DNA from: Malacoraja senta
Lineage: Eukaryota
NCBI GenBank assembly: GCA_038087875.1
Contig: CM075992.1
Coordinates: 11,968,001 to 12,032,000, forward strand
Direction of reading: 5' to 3'
Length of the DNA: 64,000 nt
Shown: positions 37,307 to 50,882 of the stretch, in pieces
Layout of the letters: every line of letters begins with the position of its first letter
Numbering within the stretch: position 1 is the first letter of the stretch
Notes under the pieces: generated by a model
What the model saw: the letters and a program-made list of their open reading frames with translations, nothing else
What the model was told of the DNA's origin: nothing
Databases searched by the model: none
Program-made: the position numbers and the translations under genes

Positions 37307-40300
37307 AGTGCTGTCGGGGAGGATTTAAACTAATATGGCAGGGGGATGGGAGCATGAGCAGAGAGACAGAGGGGTGTAAAATGAGGGTAGAAGCAATAGG
37401 TAGCAAGGTGAAAAGTAAAAGTGGCATGCAGACAAATCCAGGGCAAAAATCAAAAAGGGCCACTTTTCAACATAATTGTATAAGGTGTAAGAGTGTTGTA
37501 AAAACAAGCCTGAAGGCTTTGTGTCTCAATGCAAGGAGCATTCGTAATAAGGTGGATGAGTTGAATGTGCATATAGCTATTAATGACTATGATATAGTTG
37601 GGATCACGTAGTCATGGCTCCAGGGTGAGCAAGGCTGGGAGCTGAACATCCAGGGATATTCAATATTCAGGAGGGATAGACAGAAAGGAAAAGGAGGTGG
37701 GGTAGCGTTGCTGGTTAGAGAGGCGATTAACACAATAGAAAGGAAGGAAATTAGCTTGGAGGATGTGGAATCGATATGGGTAGAGCTGTGAAACAATAAG
37801 GGGCAGAAAACGCTAGTGGGAGTTGTGTACAGGCCACCTAACAGTAGTAATGAAGTTGAGGATGGCATCACACAGGAAATTAGAAATGCGTGCAACACAG
37901 GTAAAACAGTTATAATGGGTGACTTCAGTCTACATATAGATTTGATGAATCAAATTGGCTGAGGAAGAGGATTTCTTGGAATGTATGCGGGATGGTTTTC
38001 TAAACCAACATGTAGAGGAACCAACGAGAGAGCAGGCTATTCTAGACTGGGTATTGAGTAATGAGGAAGGGTTAGTTAGCAGTCTTGTTGTGCATGGCCC
38101 CTTGGGCAAAAGTGACCATAATATGGTTAAGTTCTTCATTAGAATGGAGAGTGACATAGTTAATTCAGAAACAAGGGTTCTGAACTTAAAGAAAGGTAAC
38201 TTTGAGGGTATGAGACGTGAATTGGCCAAGATAGACTGGCAAGTGATTCCTAAAGGGTTGACGGTGGATATGCAATGGAAGGCATTTAAAGACTTCAAGG
38301 ATGAACTACAACAATTGTTCATCCCAGTGTGGCAAAAGAATAAATCAGGGAAGGTAGTGCATCCGTGGATAACAAGGGAAATCAGGGATAGTATCGAAAC
38401 AAAAGATGACGCATACAAATTAGCCAGAAAAAGCAGCCTACCAGAGGACTGGGAGAAATTCAGTCCAGCAGAGGAGGACAAAGGGCTTAATTAGGAAGAG
38501 GAAAATTAGGAAAGGAAGATTATGAAAGAAAACTGGCAGGGAACATAAAAACAGACTGCATAAGCTTTTATAGATATGTGAAGAGATAAAGATTAGTTAA
38601 AACAAATGTAGGTCCCTTGCAGCCAGAAACAGGTGAATTGATCATGGGGAACAAGGACATGGCAGACCAATTGAATAACTAATTTGGTTCTGTCTTCACT
38701 AAGGAAGACATAAATAAGCTGCTGGAAATAGTGGGGGACCTGGGGTCAAATGAGATGGAGGAACTGAGTAAAATCCAGGTTAGTCTGGAAGTGGTGTTAG
38801 GTAAATTGAATGGATGAAAGGCCGATAAATCCCCAGGGCCAGATAGGCTGCATCCCAGAGTACTTAAGGAAGTAGCCCCAGAAATAGTGGATGCATTAGT
38901 GATAATTTTTCAAAACTCTTTAGATTCTGGAGTAGTTCCTGAGGATTGGAGGGTAGCTCATGTAACCCCACTTTTTAAAAAGGAAGGGAGAGAGAAACGG
39001 GGAATTACAGACCAGTTAGTCTAACATAGGTAGTGGGAAAAAATGCTAGTCAGTTATTAAAGATGGGATAGCAGCACATTTGGAAAGTGGTGGAAATCAT
39101 TGGACAAAGTCAGCATGGATTTATGAAAGGTAAATCATGTCTGACGAATCTTATAGAATTTTTTGAGGATGTAACTAGTAGAGTGGATAAGGGAGAACCA
39201 GTGGATGTGTTATATCTGGACTTTCAGAAGGCTTTCGACAAGGTCCCACATTAGTATGCAAACTTAAAGCACACGGTATTGGGGGTTCAGTATTGATGTG
39301 GATAGAGAACTGGCTGGCAGACAGGAAGCAAAGAGTAGGAGTAAACGGGTCCTTTTCAGAATGGCAGGCAGTGACTAGTGGGTACCGCAAGGCTCAGTGC
39401 TGGGACCCCAGCTATTTACAATATATATTAATGATTTGGATGAGGGAATTGAATGCAACATCTCCATGTTTGCGGATGACACGAAGCTGGGGGGCAGTGT
39501 TAGCTATGAGGATGATGCGAGGAGGCTGCAAGGTGACTTGGATAGGTTCTGTGAGTGGGCAAATGCATGGCAGATGCAATATAATGTGGATAAATGTGAG
39601 GTTATCCACTTTGGTGGCAAGAACAGGAAAGTAGACTGTTATCTGAATGGTGGCCGATTAGGAAAAGGGGAGATGCGATGAGACCTGGGTGTCATGGCAC
39701 AACAGTCATTGAAAGTAGGCATGCAGGTGCAGCATGCAGTGAAGAAAGCGAATGGTATGTTAGCATTCATTGCAAAAGGATTTGAGTATAGGAGCAGGGA
39801 GGTTCTACTGCAGTTGTACAGGGCCTTGGTGAGACCACACCTGGAGTATTGTGTACCATTTTGGTCTCCTAATCTGAGGAAAGAAATTCTTGCCATAGAG
39901 GGAGTACAGAAAAGGTTCACCAGACTGATTCCTGGGATGGCAGGACTTTCATATGAAGAAAGACTGGATAGACTTGGCTTGTACTCGCTAGAATTTAGAA
40001 GATTGAAGGGGGTTCTTATAGAAACTTACAAAATTCTTAAGGGGTTGGACAGGCTAGATGCAGGAAGATTGTTCCCGATGTTGGGGAAGTCCAGAAAATG
40101 GGGTCACAGTTTAAGGATAAGGGTTTTAGGACCAAGATGAGAAAAACATTTCTCACACAGAGAGTGGTGAATCTGTGGAATGTTCTGCCTCAGAACGTAG
40201 TTGAGGCCAGTTCATTGGCTATATTTAAGAGGGAGTTAGATGTGGCCATTGTGGCTAAAGGGATCAGGGGGTATGGAGAGAAGGCAGGTACAGGATACTG

Positions 40301-40400
40301 AGTTGGATGATCAGCCATGATCATATTGAATGGCGGTGCAGGTTCGAAGGGCCGAATGGCCTACTCCTGCACCTATTTTCTATGTTTCCATGTTTCTATG
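37307..40400 (+). mobile_element. CR1 LINE: ORF1 end plus full-length but disrupted ORF2, (TTTCTATG)n tail
   Basis: [39 protein letters not shown]; several stops and frameshifts. Confidence 0.93.
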
Positions 40401-40401
40401 T

Positions 40402-43400
40402 CTATTTTACTTCGGAGTCACGTGAGTGACTACGTGAAGGCCGTTAGCCTGCATGCGCGTCATTACATTGACTCACTTTGCGCAAACGAGCCGACTGGCG
40501 GCAGCGTTTGCTCTGTCCAGCGGTAAGTTTAAACATACAAGGTAAGTGTTAAACTTACTTCTAGGGTTGTTTTTGTATTGCAGGAAACTCTTTACAGAGT
40601 TTGCCTGCTGGATTCGGGTCATGACCTCGGGGAATCACGGAAACGGACCGCGGGGAACCCACCCAGGAGACCGCGGAAGTGCGAGTAGCGGGCGGCGGTT
40701 CAAATTCGCCTTTCCAGTCGCTGGCGGTGGAGCCAGCGGCATCAGACTGGTGCCGGTAGCACCTAGGCAACCCCGTTTGGAGGGTTAGCCACTAAATTAT
40801 ATCTCCCTCTCTGCGGAGGGGAGCGGAGGGAAGAGGCCCGTTCATTCAAACAAGTCGGGCCAGGAGCACCTAGGCAACCCCACTTGGAGGGTAGCCACGA
40901 TATTATATCTCCCTCTCTGAGGAGGGGAGCGTAGGGAAGAGGCCCGTTGACTCAAACGAGTCGGGCCAGGAGGATTCCTGATGGAGAGGATCCCCTCCTT
41001 CATGGGTAACGTCTTTGAACGTTCAAACCCACATGGAGCACCTGATGGAGAGGTGTTCCATAAGGAAATACTCCAAAGGTGGGAGTTATCAGCTTGGGTA
41101 TCAAGGAGAATCCGCAGGCAGCGGCACCTGTTTCAGGGCTGCACAATGTCTCCCTCTCTGAGGAGGGGAGCATTCAGGGTCAGTTTTAGATTGACCCAGA
41201 GCAAAAAACATGATATCGTTCCGCTGGAGGGGCCATGTCAGCGCAGATATGGTCAGGGGCCTGCGGCAGCACATGTTTTCAGGGCTGCCTACGAATCTCC
41301 CTCTCTGTGGAGGGGAGTGCGAGTGGTCAGTTGGTAACTGACTTCAAATTCGAAGTGTATCCATGGAACATACTGGAGCACATGCATATGGCTTCAAGAG
41401 ATACTCGCAAACGAATGTGTTGCTGCCGGAAGAGTTGGTCTCCAGCCGTTGGCAGAATACCCGCAAGGGGCCAGAGTTCTCTCACGGTACAAGTGCCAGC
41501 AAGTGAACAGCGCTATCAGGGTGACGTTGGAGGGCATGAAATCCAGGAAATGAAACCAGCCGCCGAATCCTCCCTTCAGGTAAGACTTATCCCACAGGTA
41601 AGACCAGGAGGAGGAAGCAAAAAGCTGTCGGACTAATCAAGGTATCGACGACGAGCAAAGCTTCATCGGTAGGCGGCGACACGCCCCATGCCTCCATCGG
41701 GGGTAAGCGGTTCACTGAAGCCGGTGGCAGCTTGAAAGCTGGGCACGGAAATATGGCCAGAGTTGTCTTTCAAGGCAGGCTCAAAATTATGGCCAGAGTT
41801 GTCTTACGAGGCAGGCTCAGTATGATGAGGTTTTCAGACCAAGGCCCAAGCTCAGGGAAAATATGGAATGCACGCACCCTACCAGTCCTACTCTCCAATC
41901 AAGGAGGGGAAAAAGAACCCACATCAGTGGACTTTGGGCTTACCATAAGACCACCGGTAGCCATGGAGGTAGGTGGTTCTGGTTCTTCTGAAACATGGGG
42001 TTGTGGACCATTTACATGTTTGTAATATTTACACTTGTGTTTTTTGTACAAGTGACAATGATAACATGAGATTCAGATCTGGTTTATAAAAACTGATGAT
42101 AACATGTGATTACTTCATACTGCACAACATACATAGGTTCCAAGCAGGCTTGGAATTGGGGCCGGAGTTGTCTTTCAAGGCAGGCCCAGTATTTTGGGCT
42201 GGATTGCATTTTAGGACAGGTTGACAGATGGAGGATGTCACTTCATCCAGATTTATCTCATATGTGCAGTATAGACTTTCAGAATAGTAAACTTCGTTAC
42301 TGTCTAACAATTGATTTCTATAGGAGCTATATGGCAAGCATTGATCTCAAAGATGCATGCTATTCAGTTCCCGTTCACAGGGATCACAGGGGATCTCTGA
42401 AATTTATCTGGATGGGTCAATGATAACAGTTAAAGGGTTGCAAAATGGGCTAACTTCAGCTCCCAGGTTTATTTACCAAATCACCAAAACCGGTGCTTGG
42501 GCTGCTCAGAGCTCAAGAACATTTGTTAACGCCTATCTGGATGATGTTTTAAACGCTGTATTTTACTAAACTTAACTGTTTCAGGCTCAAACTATATTGG
42601 AGAAATTGGGGTCTCTCACCCATCCAGTTAAATTTAAGTTAATACCAATCAGAACTATTGATTATTGGGATTTACATTTAACGATCAACTTAACAGGGAC
42701 TCCGCCCTGGGGCAAGAGATGCAATTAACAGAAGCCTGTAACAACCGCGTGGTTATGAAGCAGCTTTCTATTCATCAAGTGTAATTGGCAATATAGCAGC
42801 TGTGTTTCAGGTGTGTAACTTGGGCCTTTGCATTACCAGAACTTACAGCGTGCAAAGAATTAACTTCTGAAGTACCATATAGGTCATTATTAATAGATCT
42901 ATGCTATTACCAGCTGAAGCTACCAAAGTCACAATGGTGGCAGTATTCAGCATTGCTCCAGTATTTTTGGTCAGTAATCTTCAGTAATTACAAACTGATG
43001 CTAGTGCTCAAAGATGAGAAGTTACGAATGACATCTCCACTTACGGAGGCGGATGCGGATTGCATGAGTTACCAATTTTTCAGTTATTGGTATCAACTAC
43101 CTATAAACACTGGGTGCATTCTATAGGTTAAAGTTTATTGTGAGAATGTTCATAATCTGCATGCTCAACTCCAAGTTGATACACTATGATGGTGACATAT
43201 GTTAGTCACATGGGTGCAATCAAGTTAAAGTATCCTGTGATATTTACCTAACCTCATTTGATGCTATTGTATCATCACATGAAATCAATGACAACACAGA
43301 ATGGATGTTGGATCACAAAGTATTTAATGTCATTTTGGCTCAATGGAACACCGAATATCGATATGTTTACATCCAGGCTCATTTACCAGTTGCAAAATAA

Positions 43401-45158
43401 GTGGCATACAGTGGCGAGCGATACATTATCGCCACACTGGGGAGGAATGTTCTTGCATGTCTTTCCTCCATTCTGCCTCCTCAGTCGGGTCTTGCAATAA
43501 ATCCAGCAAGATACCGCTTCAGCCTTTTCGAACTGCCTGACTGGCATACGCAGCCATGGTTCCCGCTAATGTTGGGAATAATATAGAACCTTATATGCTT
43601 ATTCAAAACGTAAAACTTTGCTGGTTCAACCTGTGACTCGGGAAACCAGCCTCTGCATGATACATCAAATCATTGACTTGCAGACTCTGAGACGACTATT
43701 CCTGCAGCTCGGGTTGTCAGACCGATCCATGTCGTGCTCACTGCAGAATGCAGGGAAAGCACCAAAAGGCAGTACATTTCCACTTCAGCAGATGGGAAAC
43801 GTTTTTGTTTGAATACACATGTTACATACAGTACAGCACGGATAACTGACGTCTTAGAGTTCATTTTCAAATGGGTCTTTGACAATAATTAAGTTACAGT
43901 ACCATTAACTGTGCCAATCTGCCTTCTGATCATATTTGCTGCAGCAAGTGGGACCCACACTGTCGGGTCTCACCCTCTGATATCCAGAATTATATAGGAT
44001 ATCTTTAACACAAGTTGTCCCAGGCCCAGTTACACGGAAGTACGGGACATTGACGTTATGTTAACATTACTTCACCAGGGGGCTCCCCCTACATCCTTAT
44101 CTTTAGCCAGCTCCCATAAGGTAGTAATCCTCATGGCACTGGCCTCAGTGCAATGGGTCCAGTCACTACATAAATTGTGACTGGACAGGATGGTTACATC
44201 TGCTAATAACATAATATTTTATGTTTTTGATTTAATCAACCAGAAGTAACCAGGGGCATTAGGTCTCAAACTAGTTTCATGGCATACCCTATGGACCTTC
44301 GGTAATGTGTGGTCACACATTAACAACAATACGTCTAGGTCACCTAAAGCCTCAAAGGCTCCAAACTAAGCAATGTTTGTTAGTTACAAAAACATTCATA
44401 AGAAGTATTAGTTCTACCATCTCCAGGTGGTTAAAATGGGGTTTTGGGTAATGCATGAGTCGATACTAATATTTTCAACACTCACTCCACCAGGGCTGCT
44501 ACCACATCAGCTCCAAGGATTATGTACGTTCCACTGGACCACATCGTAGCAGCTGCAGGATGGTCAAACGAACATACTTTACCAACATTTTATATAACCC
44601 ATTGCCAAACCGGGGGTATTTGCCAACTCCATTTTAGATTCTGTTTTATAGTTTTCCCCTGGATGAAGGGGTCACTATTATTTTCTTTTGATGATAGAAG
44701 CATCAGCACAACAAACTAAGTCATGTCTGAATGCATTAATCTTTTTCACGCATCCATGCTCACTTCATGCAGTGTGTAACGCATGGACTTGTTTCCGGCA
44801 TGAAATCACAGAGCTTTGAAATCTTCACGTAGTCACTCACGTGACTCCGAAGTAAAATAGTAAGATTAAACGAGAACTTACCAGTTTGAAGTTTGATCTT
44901 GATTTTATGAGAAGTTACGATGATCGATTACGTGCCCACAGCTCCCAACCCTCATATTATTATCAAGGTCATCTGGTAGTTCTAGTTCTCCAAATCTTAC
45001 TATCTTCAGGTCAACTACTCTTATCTGAGATTGCACACCGCTGCTTTGAAGATTGACGTGCATGCGGTCTAACGGCCTTCACGTAATCGCTCATTGTAAC
45101 TCCTCATAAAATCAAGATCAAACTTCAAACTGGTAAGTTCTCATTTAATCTTACTATT
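40402..45158 (+). mobile_element. DIRS1-type tyrosine-recombinase retrotransposon; termini intact, ORFs decayed
   Basis: Inverted terminal segments (40431-40462 vs 45054-45085) and ICR 44823-44934; RT IDLKDAC/GLTSAPRF/AYLDD (42531), RNase H TDAS (42994), MT-like IDMFTS/FPPF/PDWHTQPW, YR HSTR (44483) and AAAGWS. Confidence 0.92.
44823..44934. repeat. DIRS internal complementary region (ICR)
   Basis: 44823-44860 is the exact reverse complement of 40402-40439 (38/38); 44856-44934 matches the reverse complement of 45080-45158 at 75/79 by my count. Confidence 0.95.
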
Positions 45159-46260
45159 CTTGTTCAGTCTGGGGTGAAGGGAAGGCAAGAGCAAAACTAC
45201 GGGACACTGAGGAGGCACAGGTGAGGGATCTGTCTATGACAGCAGGGGGAATCCACATTTACTACAGAAAGAGGACATCTCAGATGTCCTAGGATGGACA
45301 GTCTCTCTTGGGAGCTGATTTAGAGAGAAATTGGCAGTAGAGGACAGTGTCTATATTACAATTGTACAAGATGTTGGTGTGGCCACATTTGGAGAGTTGT
45401 GTTCAGTTTTTGTCGCCATAGGATCGATGTCGTTAAGGTGGAAAGAGTGCAGAGAGGATTTACAAGGATGATGCCAGGACTTGGAGGCCTGAGCTATGGA
45501 GGGAAGTTCGGCTGGCTCTGATTTTATTCCTTGGAATGCAGGAGGCTGAAGGGTGATCTTATGGCGGTGAATAAGATCATGGGGGAAATAGAGGTGAATG
45601 CATAGAGTCTTTTCCCCAGAGTAGTGGAAACAAAAACCAGAGAACATCATTTTCAGATTAGAGGGCATTTAATAGAAATCTGGAAGGCAACTAGAGGTAG
45701 ATAGATATATGGAGCAGACTGTCAGAGCGGTAGTTGAGGCAGATACTGTAACAACATTTGAACAAAATTTAGACAGATACCTGGGTAGGAAAGGTTTCGA
45801 GGGATATGGACCAAACGTGAGCAAGTGAGACAAGTGCAGATAGGGCATCTGGGTCGTCATGGGCAAGTTGGGCTGAAGGGCCAGTTTCCGTGCTGTACAA
45901 CTCTACGACTCCATGACGAACTGTCCCAAGATCTGGGAGAAACATTGTTGAACTTCTTTAATTCTACTGTGAGTGATTCAGAGATGTTTCTATACATCAG
46001 CAGTACTACTTATATGAAGATATGTGTCGTCCTTCTGCAACATGCTGAATCATAAAAGGATCTGGTTCAGTACATCTTGTTATTACCTTTTTTCTGCATT
46101 CTCAAAGCGATCTGTAAGATTATACAGCAAGTAGCAAGTTATATTTAGTGTATGGTTTGGTCCACCCAGGATGATAACATCACTTTCTCCATCTCTCAAA
46201 ATAGACCATAGATATAGAGCTGTCAGAGCAGAACTGGTGAAAACCACACGTGCGCACAAA

Positions 46261-49200
46261 CATAGAAACATAGAAAATAGGTGCAGGAGGAGGCCTTTCA
46301 GCCCTTCGAGCCAGCACTGCCATTCATTGTGATCATGGCTGATCGTCCTCTATCAATAACCTGTGCCTGACTTCTCCCCATATCCCTTGACTCCACTAGC
46401 CGCTAGAGCTCTATCTAACTCTCTCTTAAATCCATCCAGTGACTTGGCCTCCACTGCCCTCTGTTGCAGGGAATTCCATAAATTCACAACTCTCTAGGTG
46501 AAAAAGTTTTTTTCTCACCTCAGTTTTAAATGACCTCCCCTTTATTCTAAGACTGAGGCCCCTGGTTCTGGACGCGCAACATTGGGAACATTTTTCCTGC
46601 ATCTAGCTTGTCCAGTCCTTTTATAATTTTATATGTCGAAACACAGTGTGAAAGGTAATCAATATTTTAGATATCTTCAAATTCGAGATTATTTGAAAGC
46701 ATATACCCACGAATACCAAACTCTGTTGTCAGATATATTAGATGAAGGTATGAATAGAAACGCAGTCAAATAATTTAATATCATTCGTGTGCAATATCCT
46801 TCAAAATATAGAAATTCCATCGTCAGATGTAATTAGAAGAGAGTGGGAACAGGAATTAAGCCTAAAAATCCCAAAAGACAGATGGGAAAAATATCTTCTA
46901 TATACACATAATTGTTTGATTAATGTAAGACATATTCTAATACAATTTAAAATACTACACAGACTATACTAATCAAAAACTAAATTGAACAACATTTTTC
47001 CAAATGTATCTCCTATCTGCGACAAATGTCTATCTCAAGAAGCAACTATAATACACCCCTTTGCCCCTTGCATAAAACTTCATAAATTTTGGAAAGGAAT
47101 CTTTGAAATCTTCTCAAAATTATTAAAAACAAAACAAAACCCCCATACATAATTGATTATTTTTGGAATAACAGGAGTCTGCTCTGAGCTATCAATATTT
47201 CAAAGTTTCCTCAATTATGGCCTGATAATGGCAAAAACATGTATACTTAAATTTTGGAAAAATGCTTCTACCCCAACTCTTAAAATGTGGATCAGAAGCA
47301 TGTCTGAGACGCTACATCTTGAAGATATGAGACTCGTCTTAGCAGGAAAATCAGAGCGATTTTCAAAGATATGGTCTTTCATTGATTCATTACAAGTATA
47401 GTATGGTGCAACACAACTTTGGAATTAAACCGATTCACGGACAGGGTGATGGGTGTGGTGAGAAATGAAGCAGGTATATCAACACGTTATGGTCCCTTTT
47501 TTTCAGATATTAATATTATTTTATTTTTTTGTCTTCTTATTCTTTTTTAGGTTTTTACTTATTCACTCCTTGACTACACTATTTGGTAATTTACATCCTC
47601 TTCACAGTTCACACATTCACTATTTCTTTCACTTTCTCTCTTTCTTGGTCTTTCTCTCTTTTTCTATTTCTTCTTTGTTAAATTTAAAATGGAAGATGTA
47701 CAATAAATTTATTTGGCATATGCTGTGGTTTATGCTACTGTACACTGATTCTAATAAAAATATTAATTAAAAAACCAATAATTATTTTATATGTTTCTAT
47801 AAGTTGCCCCCTCATCCTTCTAAACTCCAGAGAATACAAGCCTAGTCTTTTCAATCTTTCCTCATATGACAGTCCCGCCATCCCAGGGATCAATCTGGTG
47901 AACCTACGCTGCACTGCTTCAATCTCAAGGATGTCCTTCCTCAAATTAGGAGACCAAAACTGTACTCAATACCACAGATGTGGTCTCACCAGAGCCCTAT
48001 ACAACTGCAGAAGAACCTCTTTACTCCTATACTGAAATCCTCTTGTTATGAAGGCCAACATTCCATTAGCTTTCTTCACTGTCTGCTGTACCTGTAAGCC
48101 AACTTTCAGTGACCGGTGTACAAGGACGCCCAGGTCTCGCTGCAAACCCCCCTTACCTAACCTAACCTGATTGAGATAATAATTTGCCCCCTTGTTTTTG
48201 CCGCCAAAGTGGATAACCTCACATTTATCTATATTATACTGCATCTGCCACGCATCTGCCCACTCACTCAACCTGTCCAGGTCACCCTGCAACCTCCGAA
48301 CATCCTCTTCACAGTACACACTGCCACCCAGCTTTGTGTCATACGCAAACTTGCTAGTGTTGCTCCTAATTCCCTCTTCCAAATCATTAATATATGGTAA
48401 ACAGTTGCAGCCCCAACACCAAGCCTTGCGGTACTCCACTCGCCACTGCCTGCCATTCTGAAAAGGACCCGTTCATTCCTACTCTTTGCTTCCGGTGTGC
48501 CAACCAATTTTCTATCCATGTCAACACCCTACCCCCCTGCCCTCCAACAATTTTTGTGGACCCTACCCCCAATACCGTGTGCTCTAATTTTAGTCACCAG
48601 TCTCCCGTGCGGGACCTTATCAAAGGCTTTCTGAATGTTTAGATACACTACATCCACTGGCACCCCTTCATCCATTTTACTTGTCACATCCTCAAAAACT
48701 TCCATAAGATTAGTCAAGCATGATCTCCCTTTCATAAATCCATGTTGACTTGGACTAATCCTTTTACTGCTATCCAAATGCCCCATTATTACCTCTTTAA
48801 TAATTGACTCCAGCATCTTTCCCACCACCGAAGTCAGGATAACTGGTCTGTAATTCCCCGTTTTCTCTCTCGCTCCTGTCTTGAAAAGTGGGATAACATT
48901 AGCTATCCTCCAATCCACAGGAACTGATCCTGAATCTATTGAACCTTGGAAAATGATCTCCAATGCGTCCACTATTTCTAGAGCCACCTCCCTGAGGACC
49001 CTGGGATGCAGACCATCAGGTCCAGGGGATTTATCATCCTCCAGTCCTGCCCATTAGCCTACCCAATACTATTTCTCGCCTAATGAACATTTCTTACAAT
49101 TCCCCTACCCCCTTAGATCCTCTGTCCTCCAGTACATCTGGGAGATTGTTTGTGTATTTCTTAGTGAAGACAGATCCGAAGTACCTATTCAACTCTTCTG

Positions 49201-50310
49201 CCATTTCCTTGTTGCCCATAATAATTTCACCCGTGTCTGCCTTCAAGGTAACCACATTTGACATTGCTACTCTTTTACCCTTACATATCTAAAGAATCTT
49301 TTACTGTCCTTCTTTATATTCCTGGGCAGCTTCCCCTCGTACTTCATCATTTCAGCCCGTAATGCCCGTTTTGTTTCCTTCTGTTGTCCTATGAGTTTCC
49401 CAATCCTCTGGCTTCTGGCTACTCTTTGCTGTGTTATACATCTTTTCTTTTAGTTTTATTCCATCCCTAACTTATCTTGTCAGCCACAGTGGCCTCCTAC
49501 GCCCCTTAGAATCTTTCTTCCTTTTTGGAATGAAATGATCCTGCGTCTTCCGGATTATGCCCAGAAATTCCTGCCATTGCTGTTCCACCATCATTCCTGC
49601 TAGGATCCCTTTCCAGTCTACCTTGGACAGCTCCCGTCTCCTGCCTTCATAGTCCCCTTTGTTCAACTGCATCACTGACACTTCCGATTTAACGTTCTCC
49701 TTCTCAAATTGCAGATTAAAACTAATCATATTATGATCACTACCTCCAAGTGGTTCCTTTACCTCGAGTTCTCTTATCATATCTGGTTCATTGGACAACA
49801 CGAAATCCAGAATTGCCTTTTCTCTGGTCGGCTCCATTACAAGCTGCTCTAAGAATCCATCTCGGAGGCATTCTACAAACTCTCTTTCTTGGGGTCCTGA
49901 TCCAACCTGATTTTCCCAGTCTACCTGCATATTGAAATCCCCCATCACCACAGTGACATTACCTTTGTTACATGCCAGTTTTAACTCCTGCTGCAACTTA
50001 CACCCTATATCTGGGATACTATTTGGGGGTCTGTGGATAACACCAATTAGTGTCTTCCTCCTTTACAATTCCTCAACTCAATCCACAGTGACTCTACCTC
50101 GTCAGTCCCTATGTCTTCTCTCGCAAGGGACTGAATTACATCCCTCACCAGCCGAGCTACCCCCCCTACTCTGCCCACCTGCCTGTCCTTTCTATAGGAT
50201 GTATATCCCTGAATATTAAGTTCCCAGGCCCGATCCTCCTGCAGCCACGTCTCAGTAATCCCCACAATATCATATCTACCAACCTCTAACTGAGCCTCAA
50301 GCTCATCCAC
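46261..50310 (-). mobile_element. CR1 LINE ORF2 (APE + RT), (TTTCTATG)n tail, with nested L1 fragment
   Basis: GITETWL, MGDFN, SDH, YRPVIL, QKAFDKV; 'cacaaa' at both ends (46255-46260, 50308-50313); the paralogous site at about 35306 is empty. Confidence 0.93.
46637..47783 (+). mobile_element. L1-clade LINE 3' fragment (C-terminal cysteine-rich region and 3'UTR)
   Basis: WEQEL..QFKILHRLY..CDKC..H..C..FW; T-rich UTR, AATAAA and A-rich end; 11-bp TSD attttatatgt (46626-46636, 47784-47794). Confidence 0.88.
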
Positions 50311-50597
50311 AAATGAACTCAGCTGTAGAAACAAAGGCCAGTGAGAGAAAGTTGTCCTCGCCCATATTGTACTGAACTGTGGTCAGCAGCAGGTGCCTGC
50401 TCCAACCCAGCACAGTTTATGAAAGGACATTGAGCTTCATAAATGCTGCTTCGCCACTTCCTCTGGCAGTTTATTCCATATATCCAGCACCCTCTGTGTG
50501 AAAGCATTGTCCCTCAGTTTCCTATTATCTCTTTCCCATCCCTCCTTAAACCTAAGCTCTCTAGTTGTTAAATGCCTGATGGGAAAAACACTGTGCA

Positions 50598-50882
50598 GGG
50601 GTAGCACAGTAACGCAGCGTTAGAGCTGTTGCCTCACAGCGCCGGAAACCCAGGTTCAATCCTGACTACGAGTGCTGTCTCTGTGGAGTTTGTACGTTCT
50701 CCCTGTGACCACGTTGGTGCTCCGGTTTCCAACCACATTCCAAAGACATTCGTGAATGGCTTCTGTAAATTCCACCTAGTGTGTAGGATAACATAGGACT
50801 AGCGTAGGGATGATCGATGGTCGATGTGGACTCGGTGAGCTGAAGGGCCTGTTTCCATGCCGTTTCTCTAAACTCAACTAAT
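50598..50882 (+). mobile_element. V-SINE (HE1-like)
   Basis: tRNA-like head with GGTTCAATCC, V-domain and CR1 tail. Confidence 0.8.

Noticed and set aside
40523..40583. GTAAGT donors and a TTGCAG acceptor near the DIRS left end
   Set aside because: Could be a small element intron or a cryptic host exon boundary, but nothing in the sequence alone supports its use.
40760..41335. Spaced short repeats superficially like a CRISPR array
   Set aside because: Spacing is irregular, the spacers are themselves duplicated, there are no cas genes, and the context is a eukaryotic retrotransposon.
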